64,000 nt of DNA, taken from contig OZ024740.1 in the NCBI GenBank assembly GCA_964016885.1, positions 437,348,001-437,412,000 on the forward strand, in the 5' to 3' direction. Numbering within the stretch: position 1 is the stretch's first letter; every line of letters starts with the position of its first letter. Source of the DNA: Eledone cirrhosa. Lineage: Eukaryota. Both the position numbers and the translations under genes were made by a program. A model generated the notes under the pieces. That model was not told the origin of the DNA, did not search any database, and saw only the letters and a list, made by a program, of their open reading frames with translations. Shown here piece after piece: positions 41,792 through 55,401 of this stretch.

Positions 41792-42040
41792 GAAATTAAA
41801 TGTTAGAGAAAACAATACCAAATTCTTGAACAAATATATTTAATGGCTGACAATTGTTTGGGGAACCACATTAGCATTCTTCACATACAGGTGACATTAT
41901 TTCTCAGGTTTACCAATATTGTCCGCTTGTCTTGCATCTAATACGCATTGAGCACACTGTCCCCCTCAATACTGGCATATAATTCTCATAACTAATCACT
42001 TAGTTCTCCTCTTCAATTAGTTTGTATGCATAATTTTGAT

Positions 42041-42073
<33 letters not shown>

Positions 42074-42417
42074 ATACTTTAAAGCTGTGCTCCAGCATGG
42101 CTGCAGTCTAATGACTAGAACCTATAAAAGTATATAAGAAATATATATATATATATATATATCAGCACCATTTTAGTTATCTAGCTACAAAATGGCTAAC
42201 TGAACACACAAGTGTTTTTTCTCTCCCCCTACATTTTTTTTTATTTCTTCCTCTTCTCACTTTCCTCTATCTTTCTATATCTTTAGTTTTTATTCTATTT
42301 TCTGATGAAGAACTAACATCTGAAATGTTAAGAACCTTTTCCTTCTCTATCAAGCATTAAACTAATCTATCTTCATTGTACTGTATTCTTTGTTCTGATT
42401 TTTTCCATTTACTTTTT

Positions 42418-42482
<65 letters not shown>

Positions 42483-43038
42483 GTGTGTGTGTGTTATCTT
42501 CATGAACATTTAACGTCTATTTTTCCAAGCTTGCATGAATTAGACAGGTTGTCACATCATTAGACAACTCATTTCTGGGGGCCAAGTCCTGCTCATACTG
42601 ATCTATATTTTAGCTTGGTTTCTATGGCTGGATGTTGTGGCACCAAAATGATCTCCTTACAGGGTTAATTCCATAAATTATATAGTACATCATTGTGATC
42701 CTTTTTATGACTTTCCACATTTTCATGGTTTGTTAGACAAGTCATCTCCTGTACAGCAACTCTCCATATTTTGGGGAGGGAGGGTTTCTTCTTATACTCA
42801 GTTTATCTCTCAGCTCATCTATACACACATCCATCAGAGGATGCTCTCCTCCCATCAATCTCAGAGGTCCCCAAAACTGTCTTTCCCTCTCTCACTAAAT
42901 AATACAAAAATAAATTATTCAGTAGGTCCTGATTTTTTTTTTAAGAGAATAGGGAGTAATTTAAGAGTGATTTAGCTGATGTTTCTAGCAGGCCCATTGA
43001 TGGATTAGCGGCTGCCTCGTTAATTTGAATATGAATAG

Positions 43039-45603
43039 TTGTTTGTTACTAGAAATGAGGAAGGCTCCAGAATCCTGGAATTCTGTGATGCAAATAACCT
43101 AACTATCTGTAACACTAACTTCAAAAAACATGACAATCACCTGATCACCTATAGATCCGGGGAACACACAAGCCAGGTAGATTATATCCTTACCAGAAGA
43201 CGTGACAGAGTGTCTGTTGTAAACACCAAATCCCTCCCCCATGAAGAATGCACCTCCCAACATAGACTGATAATTAGCGACCTCATAGTCAGGACGAGAC
43301 GTACTCGACAGCAGCAGAGGACTATCCTCAGGAGAAAAATATGGAAGCTAAAGGACCCCACAGCCAGAAATAAATTTCAAAGCATATTACTTGATGCTTT
43401 CGACAGTAAGGAAGAACATTTAGAGTCGGACAATATAGAGGGAGAGTGGGAATTTCTGAAAGCAAACCTGCTGTTGGCGACAGACGAAGTCTGTGGCTGG
43501 AGCAGGCCTGTAGGCAGGAGGAGAGTAACATGGTGGTGGAACAGTAGGGTGGAGGGGTCAATTAAGGCCAAAAAGCAGGCTTGGAAAGTATGGCGGGATG
43601 GGGGAAGTAGAGTAGACTATCAAGTGGCCAGGAGGGAAGCTAGGAGAGAAGTGTACTTAGCAAGAAGGGAAGCTGAGGAAAGAAAGTTCAAGCATGTTCT
43701 ACAACGCGATGACCAAAAACGTGAGGTGTTCAGGATTGCCAGGCAATGCGTCAAGGAAAACCGTGATATTGTCGGGGAGAAGTGTGTACTTAACGATGAT
43801 GGCATACTTGCCATCACCGACACTGATAAGAAGGTAGCTTGGAAGTGTCACTATGAAAGGCTACTAAATGAGGAGAATAAATGGGAGAAAGACAGTCTCC
43901 CCCATATCGACCCGATAGAGGGACCAGCAGTGTTAGTCGAGGGGAGTATAATAAGTAAGGCAATCAAGGATATGAAGACTGGTAAGGCGGCTGGGCCTTC
44001 GGAAATAGTTGCTGAGATGCTGAAGGCATCTGGCACGGTGGGACACACCATGGTCACCCGCATAGTTAACCAAGTCGTACAGAATGGGGTTGTTCCGAAG
44101 GACTGGCATAGCAGCATCATCGTTAACTGTTATAAGGGTAAAGGAGACGCCCTTGATAGGAGTAACTATAGAGGCATTAAATTAATCGACCAGGTCATGA
44201 AGGTCACGGAAAAAGTAATAGCGCAACTAATCAGAGAGAGAATTGATCTAGATGAAATGCAGTTCGGGTTTGTGTCAGGCAAAAGCACCACAGACGCTCT
44301 TTTCATAGTACGACAACTACAGGAGAAGTACCTAGCTAAAGGTAAACCCCTCTACTTAGCTTTTGTCGACCTGGAGAAAGCCTTCGACAGAGTCCCCCGC
44401 TCCATTATCTGGTGGGCTCTTAGAAAACTAGGCGTTGACGAATGGCTTGTGAGGGCTATACAAGCCATGTATAAAGAAACAGTCAGCAAGGTTAGAATTA
44501 ACAACGAATATAGTGAAGAGTTTAGCGTAAAAGTTGGCGTCCATCAGGGCTCTGTTCTCAGCCCCCTACTATTTATTATTGCCCTTCAGGCTATAACAGA
44601 GGAGTTCAAGACAGGCTGCCCATGGGAACTCCTATACGCAGACGACCTGACACTCATAGCGGAATCAATGGCCGAGCTAGAGAAGAAATTCCAAACATGG
44701 AAGCACGGCCTAGAGTCAAAAGGACTTAAAATTAACCTGGTTAAGACCAAAGTTCTAGTTTGTAGGAAAGAAAACAAGGCGGCGGTCCCTTCTGGGAAAT
44801 GGTCGTGCTCGGTATGTAGGAAAGGCGTAGGTAGAAACTCCATCTTATGTCCTAAATGCAAAGTATGGGTGCATAAAAGATGTAGTGGGATCACAGGTAA
44901 GCTAACTAAGAACATAGACTTTACATGTGGCCGGTGTTCTGGTGCAATAAGTAGCAGCAAGTGCCCACAAAATACTAGCTCTTTCAATTGCGCAGAGGGT
45001 TCTATAGAAATAGTGGACAGCTTCCGTTACCTGGGCGATAAAATCAGCAGTGGGGGAGGGTGCTCTGAAAGTACAGTAGCTAGAGTCAGAACTGGTTGGA
45101 AAAAGTTCAGAGAGCTTATACCACTATTAGCTGCTAAAGGGTTCTCCCTAAAAATGAAAGGCAGGTTGTACGATGCCTGCATACGAACAGCAATGTTGCA
45201 TGGTAGTGAGACCTGGGCATTGTGTGCAGAGGATATACGCAGACTAGAGAGGAACGAAGCTTGCATGCTCCGCTGGATGTGTAACAGTAATATACGTGAA
45301 CGGCAAAGCATAAACGAACTAAGGAAAAAATTAGAGATAAGAGGGATCAGATGTTGTTTACTCGAGAGAAGGCTGCGTTGGTATGGACACGTGATGCGCA
45401 TGAAAGTCGATAGCTGTATTACAAAGTGCAGGGCAATAAAGATAGACGGTAGCCACGGAATAGGCAGACCTAGAAAAACCTGGGATGAGCTGATAAACTC
45501 CGACCTCACACACTTACACCTCTCCAAGACAATGTCACTGGACCGTGACCTTTGGCGGTACTCAGTAACAGAGAAGACCCGCCTTGCCAGTAGGCATCTC
45601 TAA
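43039..45603 (+). CDS. RTE LINE polyprotein, N-terminally truncated: C-terminal part of APE endonuclease, RT and PHD-type finger
   Basis: APE motifs RNEEG..ILEFC, SQVDYIL, SQHRL; RT motifs NYRGI, QFGF, DLEKAFD, GVHQGS, YADD, YLG; no genuine start codon. Confidence 0.9.
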   Translation: MFVTRNEEGSRILEFCDANNLTICNTNFKKHDNHLITYRSGEHTSQVDYILTRRRDRVSVVNTKSLPHEECTSQHRLIISDLIVRTRRTRQQQRTILRRKIWKLKDPTARNKFQSILLDAFDSKEEHLESDNIEGEWEFLKANLLLATDEVCGWSRPVGRRRVTWWWNSRVEGSIKAKKQAWKVWRDGGSRVDYQVARREARREVYLARREAEERKFKHVLQRDDQKREVFRIARQCVKENRDIVGEKCVLNDDGILAITDTDKKVAWKCHYERLLNEENKWEKDSLPHIDPIEGPAVLVEGSIISKAIKDMKTGKAAGPSEIVAEMLKASGTVGHTMVTRIVNQVVQNGVVPKDWHSSIIVNCYKGKGDALDRSNYRGIKLIDQVMKVTEKVIAQLIRERIDLDEMQFGFVSGKSTTDALFIVRQLQEKYLAKGKPLYLAFVDLEKAFDRVPRSIIWWALRKLGVDEWLVRAIQAMYKETVSKVRINNEYSEEFSVKVGVHQGSVLSPLLFIIALQAITEEFKTGCPWELLYADDLTLIAESMAELEKKFQTWKHGLESKGLKINLVKTKVLVCRKENKAAVPSGKWSCSVCRKGVGRNSILCPKCKVWVHKRCSGITGKLTKNIDFTCGRCSGAISSSKCPQNTSSFNCAEGSIEIVDSFRYLGDKISSGGGCSESTVARVRTGWKKFRELIPLLAAKGFSLKMKGRLYDACIRTAMLHGSETWALCAEDIRRLERNEACMLRWMCNSNIRERQSINELRKKLEIRGIRCCLLERRLRWYGHVMRMKVDSCITKCRAIKIDGSHGIGRPRKTWDELINSDLTHLHLSKTMSLDRDLWRYSVTEKTRLASRHL

Positions 45604-45950
45604 CAAACTACACCCCGTCCCGCCACCACCCCCACCCCATCCACACCACCCCGTTCTATGTAAAGTTATGTTGGTGCCGCGCCATCCAGGCCGAAACAAA
45701 TGAGATCGTGTAGGTGTCACGACAAAAAAACACACAGTCCACGCTGTAATGTGGCCGTGTAGGCAACACGGTAAAAACCTCCCAGACCCACACTGTAAAT
45801 GTGGTTGGTGTTAGGAAGGGCATCCAACTGTAGAAAACCTGCCAGACAGTCCTATGCGAGCAAGACAATCACTCTTGCCTCAAGTGGGACTACCCCCGTC
45901 CAAACCCATGCAAGCGTGGAACACGGACGTTAAACGTTGATGATGATGAT
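43045..45950 (+). mobile_element. RTE family A, 5'-truncated, young copy
   Basis: Uninterrupted ORF, ~350-bp 3' UTR, (GAT)n tail. Confidence 0.97.
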
Positions 45951-46077
45951 TAATTACAGATTTTTCATAGCACAATACTGCAGGCTAAATTGTAGATTTG
46001 ACAAGATAATGGGGGGTTCAGTTTAGAAAGATGTTCTCGGTAAGTTGTTCCATTTATAATTAATTCGATTAAAACAG

Positions 46078-46225
46078 TGATATCATTCCATACAATAAAC
46101 AGCCTTATCATTCCATACAATAGTGATATCATTCCATGCTATAAACAGCCATATCATTCCATGCAATAAACAGCCATATCATTCCATACAATAGTGATAT
46201 CATTCCATGCAATAAACAGCCATAG
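46078..46225. repeat. ~20-25 bp minisatellite (atatcattccatgcaataaacagcc)
   Basis: Directly visible. Confidence 0.85.
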
Positions 46226-46564
46226 TCATTAAGTTATTACAGCTTGATTCAAGATAAAAGCTTGACTTGTGTTACACAAGTCAACCTATTTTAGAGCCAC
46301 CTTCTGTAGTAGTTCTCTATCAAATACTGATTTACTGATTATAATACTTTACATTCTCAGATCAAATCCTGTTGAGCTCAACTTTACCTCTCATCCTTCC
46401 AGAGTCAGTGAAATAAAGTACCAGTCATGTACTGGGGTTGTTTTAATCAACTTTGCTCTTCCCTTAAATTTGATCGACTTTTGCCTAAATTAGAAATCAA
46501 TATTGGTTATATTCAGAATTGTTTCATAGATCAATACGACAGAATATCTGGATCTAGGTAGTCA

Positions 46565-48962
46565 ATGAGTTTATATACATATTAAACCTACAATTAGTTT
46601 ATATACATACTAAACCTACCCACAATTAGTTTATATACATAATAAACCTACAATTAGTTTATATAGATACTAAACCTACAATTAGTTTATATACATACTA
46701 AACCTACAATTAGTTTATATAGATACTAAACCTACAATTAGTTTATATACATACTAAACCTACCCACAATTAGTTTATATACATACTAAACCTACAATTA
46801 GTTTATATACATACTAAACCTACCCACAATTAGTTTATATACATACTAAACCTACAATTAGTTTATATAGATACTAAACCTACAATTAGTTTATATACAT
46901 TCTAAACCTACAATTAGTTTATATACATACTAAACCTATCCACAATTAGTTTATATACATACTAAACCTACAATTAGTTTATATAGATACTAAACCTGCA
47001 ATTAGTTTATATACATTCTAAACCTACAATTAGTTTATATACATACTAAACCTACCCACAATTAGTTTATATACATACTAAACCTACAATTACTTTATAT
47101 ACATACTAAACCTACCCACAATTAGTTTATATACATACTAAACCTACAATTAGTTTATATACATACTAAACCTACAATTAGTTTATATAGATATTAAACC
47201 TACAATTAGTTTATATACATACTAAACCTACCTACAATTAGTTTATATACATACTAAACCTACCCACAATTAGTTTATATACATACTAAACCTACAATTA
47301 GTTTATATAGATACTAAACCTACAATTAGTTTATATACATACTAAACCTACCTACAATTAGTTTATATACATACTAAACCTACCCACAATTAGTTTATAT
47401 ACATACTAAACCTACAATTAGTTTATATAGATACTAAACCTACAATTAGTTTATATACATACTAAACCTACCCACAATTAGTTTATATACATACTAAACC
47501 TATCCACAATTAGTTTATTTCCATACTAAACCTACAATTAGTTTATATACATACTAAACCTACCCACAATTAGTTTATATACATACTAAACCTACAATTA
47601 GTTTATATACATACTAAACCTACCCACAATTAGTTTATATACATACTAAACCTACAATTAGTTTATATAGATATTAAACCTACAATTAGTTTATATACAT
47701 ACTAAACCTACCTACAATTAGTTTATATACATACTAAACCTACAATTAGTTTATATACATTCTAAACCTACAATTAGTTTATATACATACTAAACCTACA
47801 ATTAGTTTATATACATTCTAAACCTACAATTAGTTTATATACATACGAAACCTACCTACAATTAGTTTATATTCATACTAAACCTACCTACAATTAGTTT
47901 ATATACATACTAAACCTACAATTAGTTTATATAGATACTAAACCTACAATTAGTTTATATACATTCTAAACCTACAATTAGTTTATATACATACTAAACC
48001 TACCTACAATTAGTTTATATACATACTAAACCTACAATTAGTTTATATACATTCTAAACCTACAATTAGTTTATATACATACTAAACCTACAATTAGTTT
48101 ATATACATTCTAAACCTACAATTAGTTTATATACATACGAAACCTACCTACAATTAGTTTATATTCATACTAAACCTACCTACAATTAGTTTATATACAT
48201 ACTAAACCTACAATTAGTTTATATAGATACTAAACCTACAATTAGTTTATATACATTCTAAACCTACAATTAGTTTATATACATACTAAACCTACCTACA
48301 ATTAGTTTATATACATTCTAAACCTACAATTAGTTTATATACATACTAAACCTACAATTAGTTTATATACATACTAAACCTACAATTAGTTTATATAGAT
48401 ACTAAACCTACCTACAATTAGTTTATATAGATACTAAACCTACCTACAATTAGTTTATATAGATACTAAACCTACCTACAATTAGTTTATATACATACTA
48501 AACCTACCCACAATTAGTTTATATACATACTAAACCTACAATTAGTTTATATACATACTAAACCTACAATTAGTTTATATACATACTAAACCTACCCACA
48601 ATTAGTTTATATACATACTAAACCTACCTACAATTAGTTTATATACATACTAAACCTACAATTAGTTTATATACATACTAAACCTACAATTAGTTTATAT
48701 ACATACTAAACCTACAATTAGTTTATATACATACTAAACCTACCCACAATTAGTTTATATACATACTAAACCTACCCACAATTAGTTTATATACATACTA
48801 AACCTACAATTAGTTTATATACATACTAAACCTACAATTAGTTTATATACATACTAAACCTACCCACAATTAGTTTATATACATACTAAACCTACAATTA
48901 GTTTATATACATACTAAACCTACCTACAATTAGTTTATATACATACTAAACCTACCCACAAT
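46565..48962. repeat. 28/32-bp minisatellite, roughly 80 units (acaattagtttatatacatactaaacct[accc])
   Basis: Head-to-tail units with no spacers. Confidence 0.98.
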
Positions 48963-49034
48963 CAGAATTGAGAATTAACATAACAATACATGAATTTTAT
49001 GATAGTGTATCACTGATAATAATATGTAGTGATA

Positions 49035-49620
49035 TCAGTGGTGATGGTGGTGGTGATATTGATGATGATGATGGTGGTGTTGGTGGTGGTGATATTGATG
49101 ATGGTGTTGGTGGTAGTGGTGGTGATGATGATGATGATGTTGCATGATTGAAACACAGTGCATATATATGTATTCTCTATAGACTAGAACCAAGAGCAGA
49201 TTAAAATAGACATCATTAGGTTCCATATCTCTTCCATTTCTGTTCCCCGGTGGCAAAACACCTTTGGGCGGCATCGGAAGCAAAAAATCTAATATTTGTA
49301 ATTACTATTTTAGAATTGGAAAGTTGTGTTTTGTTGCTAGTTTGAAAATAAAAGATTATTTTGTCTTTGAAACAGTCAATTTATTTGCTTTATTTTCCTT
49401 CATGTTTAAGGATATAGTGCGTGTTGTGTGTTTGTAGTGTATTTGTGGTATATTTGTGGTGTGTTGGTGGTGTGTTGTGGTGTGACGTGGTGTGGTGAGA
49501 CATGCTGTGGTTTGTTGTGAAATGGCGAGGTGTGTTGTAACATGGTGTGGTGTGTTGTGAAATGGTGTGGCGAGACGTGGTGTGGTGTGTTGTGACGTGA
49601 CATGACGTGGGTGCGGTGTG
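49035..49620. repeat. (TGA/TGG)n tract (49035-49140) and (GTGTG)n tract (49420-49620)
   Basis: Directly visible. Confidence 0.9.
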
Positions 49621-51234
49621 GCGCGGCGCGTTTGTAGTATATAATAATAAGGAAGAAATGAGGTTGCTTGATATCCATTTATGTGATGTTTTAATCATAA
49701 TAAATAACTAGAATTATTCTAGTATAGGGGTGGTGGCAGAGTTGTTAGAACATTGGACATACTCAACCATATTTTGTCCGACTCTTTACATTCTGAATTC
49801 AAGTTTTCATTTTGCCTTATAATGTTTTTATTTGAAATAAAATGAACTCCCTAATTTTTGTAGTATCTGAGATACGAGGCACTGAAACTCTTTAGCAAAC
49901 AGAGGCACCTAATTTGTCTTTAATTGAATATATTAAATAATATAAAATTCCATATCATATTATAAAAGAAAATAACTTTCAAAATTCTATTGATGAAATA
50001 TAGAAATTATAAAAATAAATTTTAAGTTTGATATTAATCTCTTAATATTTTATAATAACTGCTTCCTTAACTTTCAAATGTCTTCATTTTTGGTGCCCTT
50101 TTTTATGAATTATATTTTTTATTCTGTGTTATTTTATTTTTCCTCTTAAAAGAAAAGTATACAAGGATATCACTATCACTTTAGTCCTCAATTTCTTCTG
50201 ATTCTCTGTGTGCAGGTGTTGTATTCAGTGTTATACTGCTAATAGCAAGAGAATTATTAAAATATAAATCATTTAGCTATTTACCTGGATGCAGAGATAC
50301 AGAGGTGACGTTTTAAATATATTGACTTTGTGTTGATTTTGAGACACCATTTATAGAATAGCGTTTGCTGTTTGGAGAAAGAAACTTAATCAAGCATATA
50401 ATAATATACCTTTCACCTTTCAACCTGATATTGTGGATTACTTTCTCATACAGGTGAGTTTTATTTAAAAAAGAAATTCAACTCTGAATAATGTGCAAAA
50501 TTATGTCTGGACAGTAACTGCTGTTGGACCTATAGAGACACTGTTGTGATATACGTGTTAGCATTTTAAACCTTGTGGAGCTCATTTCTCTCCAGGTCAG
50601 AACACAGATTATTCTAGAGAAGGAGAGAGAATGATAACCCCAGCACTGAACTGGTACTTTTTTATTGACCTTGAAATGATAAAAAGCGAAGTTGACCTGT
50701 ATGGGATATTACAAAATTGATCTCTGTGAGACACTAAAGACTTTGCTGTTTCTTCGCCTCTGTACAGAATTATACAGACATGAAAACCAGACTTTGTTTT
50801 TGTCTTCCCACAGTCTACAAAGTGTACAGATGCATTTTATCGTAGCGGCAACACTAAAGAGGTTGTTATGCCCTTGATAGAACTAAAGAGTTCCCTCAAT
50901 CCATTTTTTGTCATGGTTTCTACAACTGGAAGCCTTTCTTAACACCAACCCCTTTAAAAGGTGAATTGGTGTATTTTATAATGGCACCAACACTAGGGAG
51001 GTTGCTGGTCAGTGACTCAACTGAAGAGCCCTCTCTGTTTGGAGGAGGGGTATAATAGTTTGTCCCGTGTTTCGGTGCTAGAAGATGGTGGGGGGTGAAT
51101 ACAAATGTTTTGGGGTTTTTGTTTTTTTGTTTTCTCCTTTTGTTTGCTTTATTTTCTTTATTTAGTTTTTTGATGTTGAATTTTTTATTTGAAATTGTAT
51201 TCTGCATGTTGACTATTTTAGTTGTATACGTGGG

Positions 51235-51276
<42 letters not shown>

Positions 51277-52090
51277 CAGGTTCTTACACAACCTAGCCAC
51301 TGAAATGTGCAGTGTTTGCAGAAATAAATATGTGTGTGAGGGAGTGCAAAGATTCTGTGTCATCTTATAAAATTCTGTTTTGCTTTCAATTACAAATTCA
51401 AGTTGGAATATTTTCTGGTTATCAAAGACTATTATGAAAAATATCATTCTATTTGTTTTTTACTTCACTCACTACACCTTGTTGGTCAAGTTCCACATCA
51501 TTTCAGAATTTTTATAATTAAATTATATATTTGTTTCTTTTAAATCTGCTTTTGATCGTATATTTGCACATGTTAACAGAACTTTCATTTTATTTTATTT
51601 TTAGAAAATCAACAATGTTGACAAAACAAACTAAATAATAATAATTTATTGATACATAAATTGAAATAAAAACGAATAAATGAATAAACTATCAATCATG
51701 AATGGTTTTACAATATTGACAAATTAAATATAATTTTGTACAATCTAGTTATACAATATCAATAGCTGCACTCGGATGAATTGAGTGATACAAGTTGAAG
51801 AGGAATTTACATGGAGTATCTTCACTTCACCAATTAGTGTTCAATCCAGTTTTCAGTGAACAATTTATCAGCCAATCAAAACTAATTAATTGAAAAGGTT
51901 AAATGTATTCATATAAAATATTTGTGTGAATCCTTCAAGAAAAAATTGAATTTAGATTCAGAAATTTCAAACAACTTTTGAATTTAATAGATTCAAATAT
52001 TTGTTGAGTTGACAAATATCTACAGAATCGATTACATTTAATTAAATAATTACTGTAGGTTATATAAGTGTAATACATGTGTTTATATTA

Positions 52091-52288
52091 CAAGGGTTGG
52101 CTGAAAGGTTCATAGGCTGACTATGAAGGAGTGATACTAGAGCTGTGAAATATTGCATGCATTAATATTAATTATTCTTATTAATAACTGCATTGTTTCT
52201 TTCCAGGGACTATGTTGAAAAATAAACCTCATTTGTTCATTTCATGAGAGTATCTTGGTCAGTCTATACATTTTTCAGCTGACCCTCT
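52091..52288. mobile_element. mariner-type MITE
   Basis: ~30-bp imperfect TIRs caagggttggctgaaaggttcataggctgac / gtcagtctata..ttttcagctgaccctct; TA flanks. Confidence 0.75.
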
Positions 52289-53761
52289 TACATATACACA
52301 CATTAACCTAAAACACACATATAAACACACTGAAAATATTTGCTACAACTGTCTGATGAAATAATATTTTTAAAATATATTTGTTCATTATTTAATCTAA
52401 TATTCCACATAAGTTAAACCTCAGCCCTCATATATTGTGTTGACTAAAGCCTGGTGGGTGAAATTTGTTAGATAAAAACTATACCTGCCCTCAGTCAGGA
52501 GATACTGTTTGTGTTCTTGTGTAATAGATTTGTATTCCTAACCCTAACCTTATTAAACAATCTTTGTCTTCCTCTATTTCTTTCTCTTTGATCATTGCTT
52601 GATATGATAGTTTCCTTATAATACAGAGAATTGGCAGTTGTTAGAATGTTTCAGGATATTTGTACTTGCTCTCACTCTCTCCACTCTGAATTCAAATTCT
52701 GCAATGGCCAAATTTGCCCTTGACAAATGTACTGACCAGTCCAGTCCTGGAATCAATTCTCTCTCTCATTTCTTCACAATCTTTCTCTCATATTTCTTTC
52801 TCCCTTTCTTCAAGAAATTCAGTAGTCAGGTCTATAGAGAGATAGGTTCTGCCATGTTTAGATGTCCAAGATGTGTTGTAGGCAAAATTCTATGACTGGA
52901 TACCCTTCCTAATGCCAACTACTTTACAGAGTGTACTGGGTGCATTTTATCAAAGCCCTAGCACTAGAGAGGTTATGTCTTCAGCAGGGTCCTTCCAATG
53001 TGTGTTGTTTCTGTTAGATTGCTGACCACTACAAGATGTACAACTCATTACTTTCATAATTGATTTCTTAGCATAAAGAAGAGAATTAAAATAGAAAACA
53101 AGATTTCTCCAAATAATTCACAAGCATAAGTGAATCTCAACACAGTTACTGAACCTGCTAGACATAGCAGTCAAATTTCACTCAGATCACACCATACTAT
53201 TTTTTTAAAGTCCTAGATGGTTCTAAAAAGATGTGGTTTACAGCTGGAAGGCCTTTGTCCAGTGGTTTACTCAGTCAAAGATTACCTATGGTTCAATCAC
53301 CACAATAACTTGTTACATCACAGATAAACAGATAGTACTTCCTACAGTTGTACATTATTTAACTAGGAGCTCTAACATTATCTTACAAGATTCAATGTAT
53401 ATTTCTTACTATATTGTCTCTCACACACACATATTTATATATATATATTCTGTGTATCTTATTTATAATAAGTACACTGTGTCACTGTGTGTCATAAAAG
53501 GCAATTAAAAAGTTGTATTAGGTTGTAAAATATTGCTTCAAAAAGGGCCAAATGATGAGCACAAAGCTTATGTGACATGCAGGGTTAAGCTCTGTTTAAG
53601 CATGGAAAATGGACTTGAAATACTTGTGATATAGGTTGGTGCAAAAGTCACTTTCTCCTTTAGATGTGACCCCAATATATTTTTTCATTTGAGGACATCT
53701 TAAGCTTCATGTGCTTCATTGGGTCCCACAAAAAATCGAAGAAGAATATCGAGAAATTAGA

Positions 53762-53952
53762 ACAGTGGAGCCAACTAACTACATTATTACTACAGTGGAG
53801 CCAACTAATTACATTATTACTACATTATAACTACAGTGGAGCCAACTAACTACATTATTACTACATTATAACTACAGTGGAGCCAACTAACTACATTATT
53901 ACTACATTATAACTACATTATAACTACAGTGGAGCCAACTAACTACATTATT
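53762..53952. repeat. Minisatellite (actacagtggagccaactaactacatt variants)
   Basis: Directly visible. Confidence 0.9.
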
Positions 53953-55401
53953 AACTGTTATAGAATACTGTCGAGGTAGGATTGGCTACATGAGGCTAGA
54001 AATAACATTTGTGGGGTGGTATATTCCAGAATTTGTTAAGTAATTTCCAAGGTCTAAAATAATATATCTAAAGGGATAAATATATATATGTATATATTAT
54101 ATACATGTATATATTATATATATGTATATATTTAGCAGGGAAAACAGATGTTAAAAGATAATGATAATATAATTTATAGTACATGTCTTTTTTTTAAATT
54201 ATATATATAACAAATTACTGAGATAAACTGATGATAAAATTGAGTTTCATATTCATAAAATTAATTTCCATCTGTCAAATTACATGATGCTGCCAAGTGA
54301 TACCCCGAGAGATGTCTTCCATATACATATTTATATATTCACTTTGAGAAAACAAAGAAATAAAATATTAAACTTCTATTGCAAAATTTTAGTAAAAAGT
54401 TATGTTTATATAATAATGTTCTTACACATGCCATTCAAAAATCTTAAAGGATTGTATGTGGCCCAAGTGCTACCATTTATTATCATCATCGTTTTAATAT
54501 CTTTCTCTGCTAGCAAGAATTGGTCTACATAGACCAAGTCAGTACTGAAGCGGTAGCTACTGATCTCCCAAACAGGCCAGGGATCTGTGATCGTACTTAT
54601 TTGCAATCTTGCACCGGGGATGTTGTCATGTCTTTGACACAACTGAGGGTCCTTCCAACCCTTTGTTTGATAAGATTTCTGTATAAATATATGACTACTT
54701 AGAGTGGAGAAGACTTTATAGCCTTTCTGAAAATAAGGCAACTTCTCTAGCATTGGTACCATGATAAATGCACCCAGTGCACTGTTAAGTGGTTGGTGAT
54801 TGAATGGGGGCAACATAAGTTAGGGAAAACTCTTTAGTCTTGTTGAGGGCGTGGTGATCTCTCTAGTGCTGGTGGCTTGATAAAATGCACGCAGCATGCT
54901 GACATTCAGCTATAGAAGAAAAGGGTCCAAATATGGATGGTATGTGCAAAATGTCCTACAACCCATCTAGGTGGGGCAGTAACACCAAATAAGGACTCGG
55001 GTTCTAATGCCCATGCCAACTCATGCCTGCATAGAAATTGAATGTAAAAATGACGATATGTTAGAAGGTAATATTTGACTCTCAATATCATGATTTACCA
55101 ACATTACTCAGTTGATATATAATTCCAATAGTGTTAACATATTCATTGCATAGATTTAGACTGTCTGAGATTTTACATAAGCTGTACATCTGAAATATAA
55201 ATAAAACACTCTATGTCCAAACCCATGCAAGCGTGGAACACGGACGCTAAACCTGATGATGATGATGATGATGATGAGATACACTATTGGAGTTTAACTT
55301 CAGTGTCATACTCATTGTACACTCTTTAAGTGGTTGTCTAGCAAGGTATTCTTTTTTAATTATAATTGTCCGGAGAAAGCAGACATTAAAACGACAATAT
55401 A

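Noticed and set aside
43039-45603. Domesticated host gene or autonomous active element
   Set aside because: Truncated within the APE domain, no true start codon, and near-identical dispersed copies; a recent dead-on-arrival insertion
46565-48962. CRISPR-like array of ~28-32 bp repeats
   Set aside because: No unique spacers, no cas genes, eukaryotic context; it is a minisatellite
50216-50453. Possible exon (tgcag| ... cag|gtgagt)
   Set aside because: All three frames contain stops; a non-coding exon cannot be supported without RNA data
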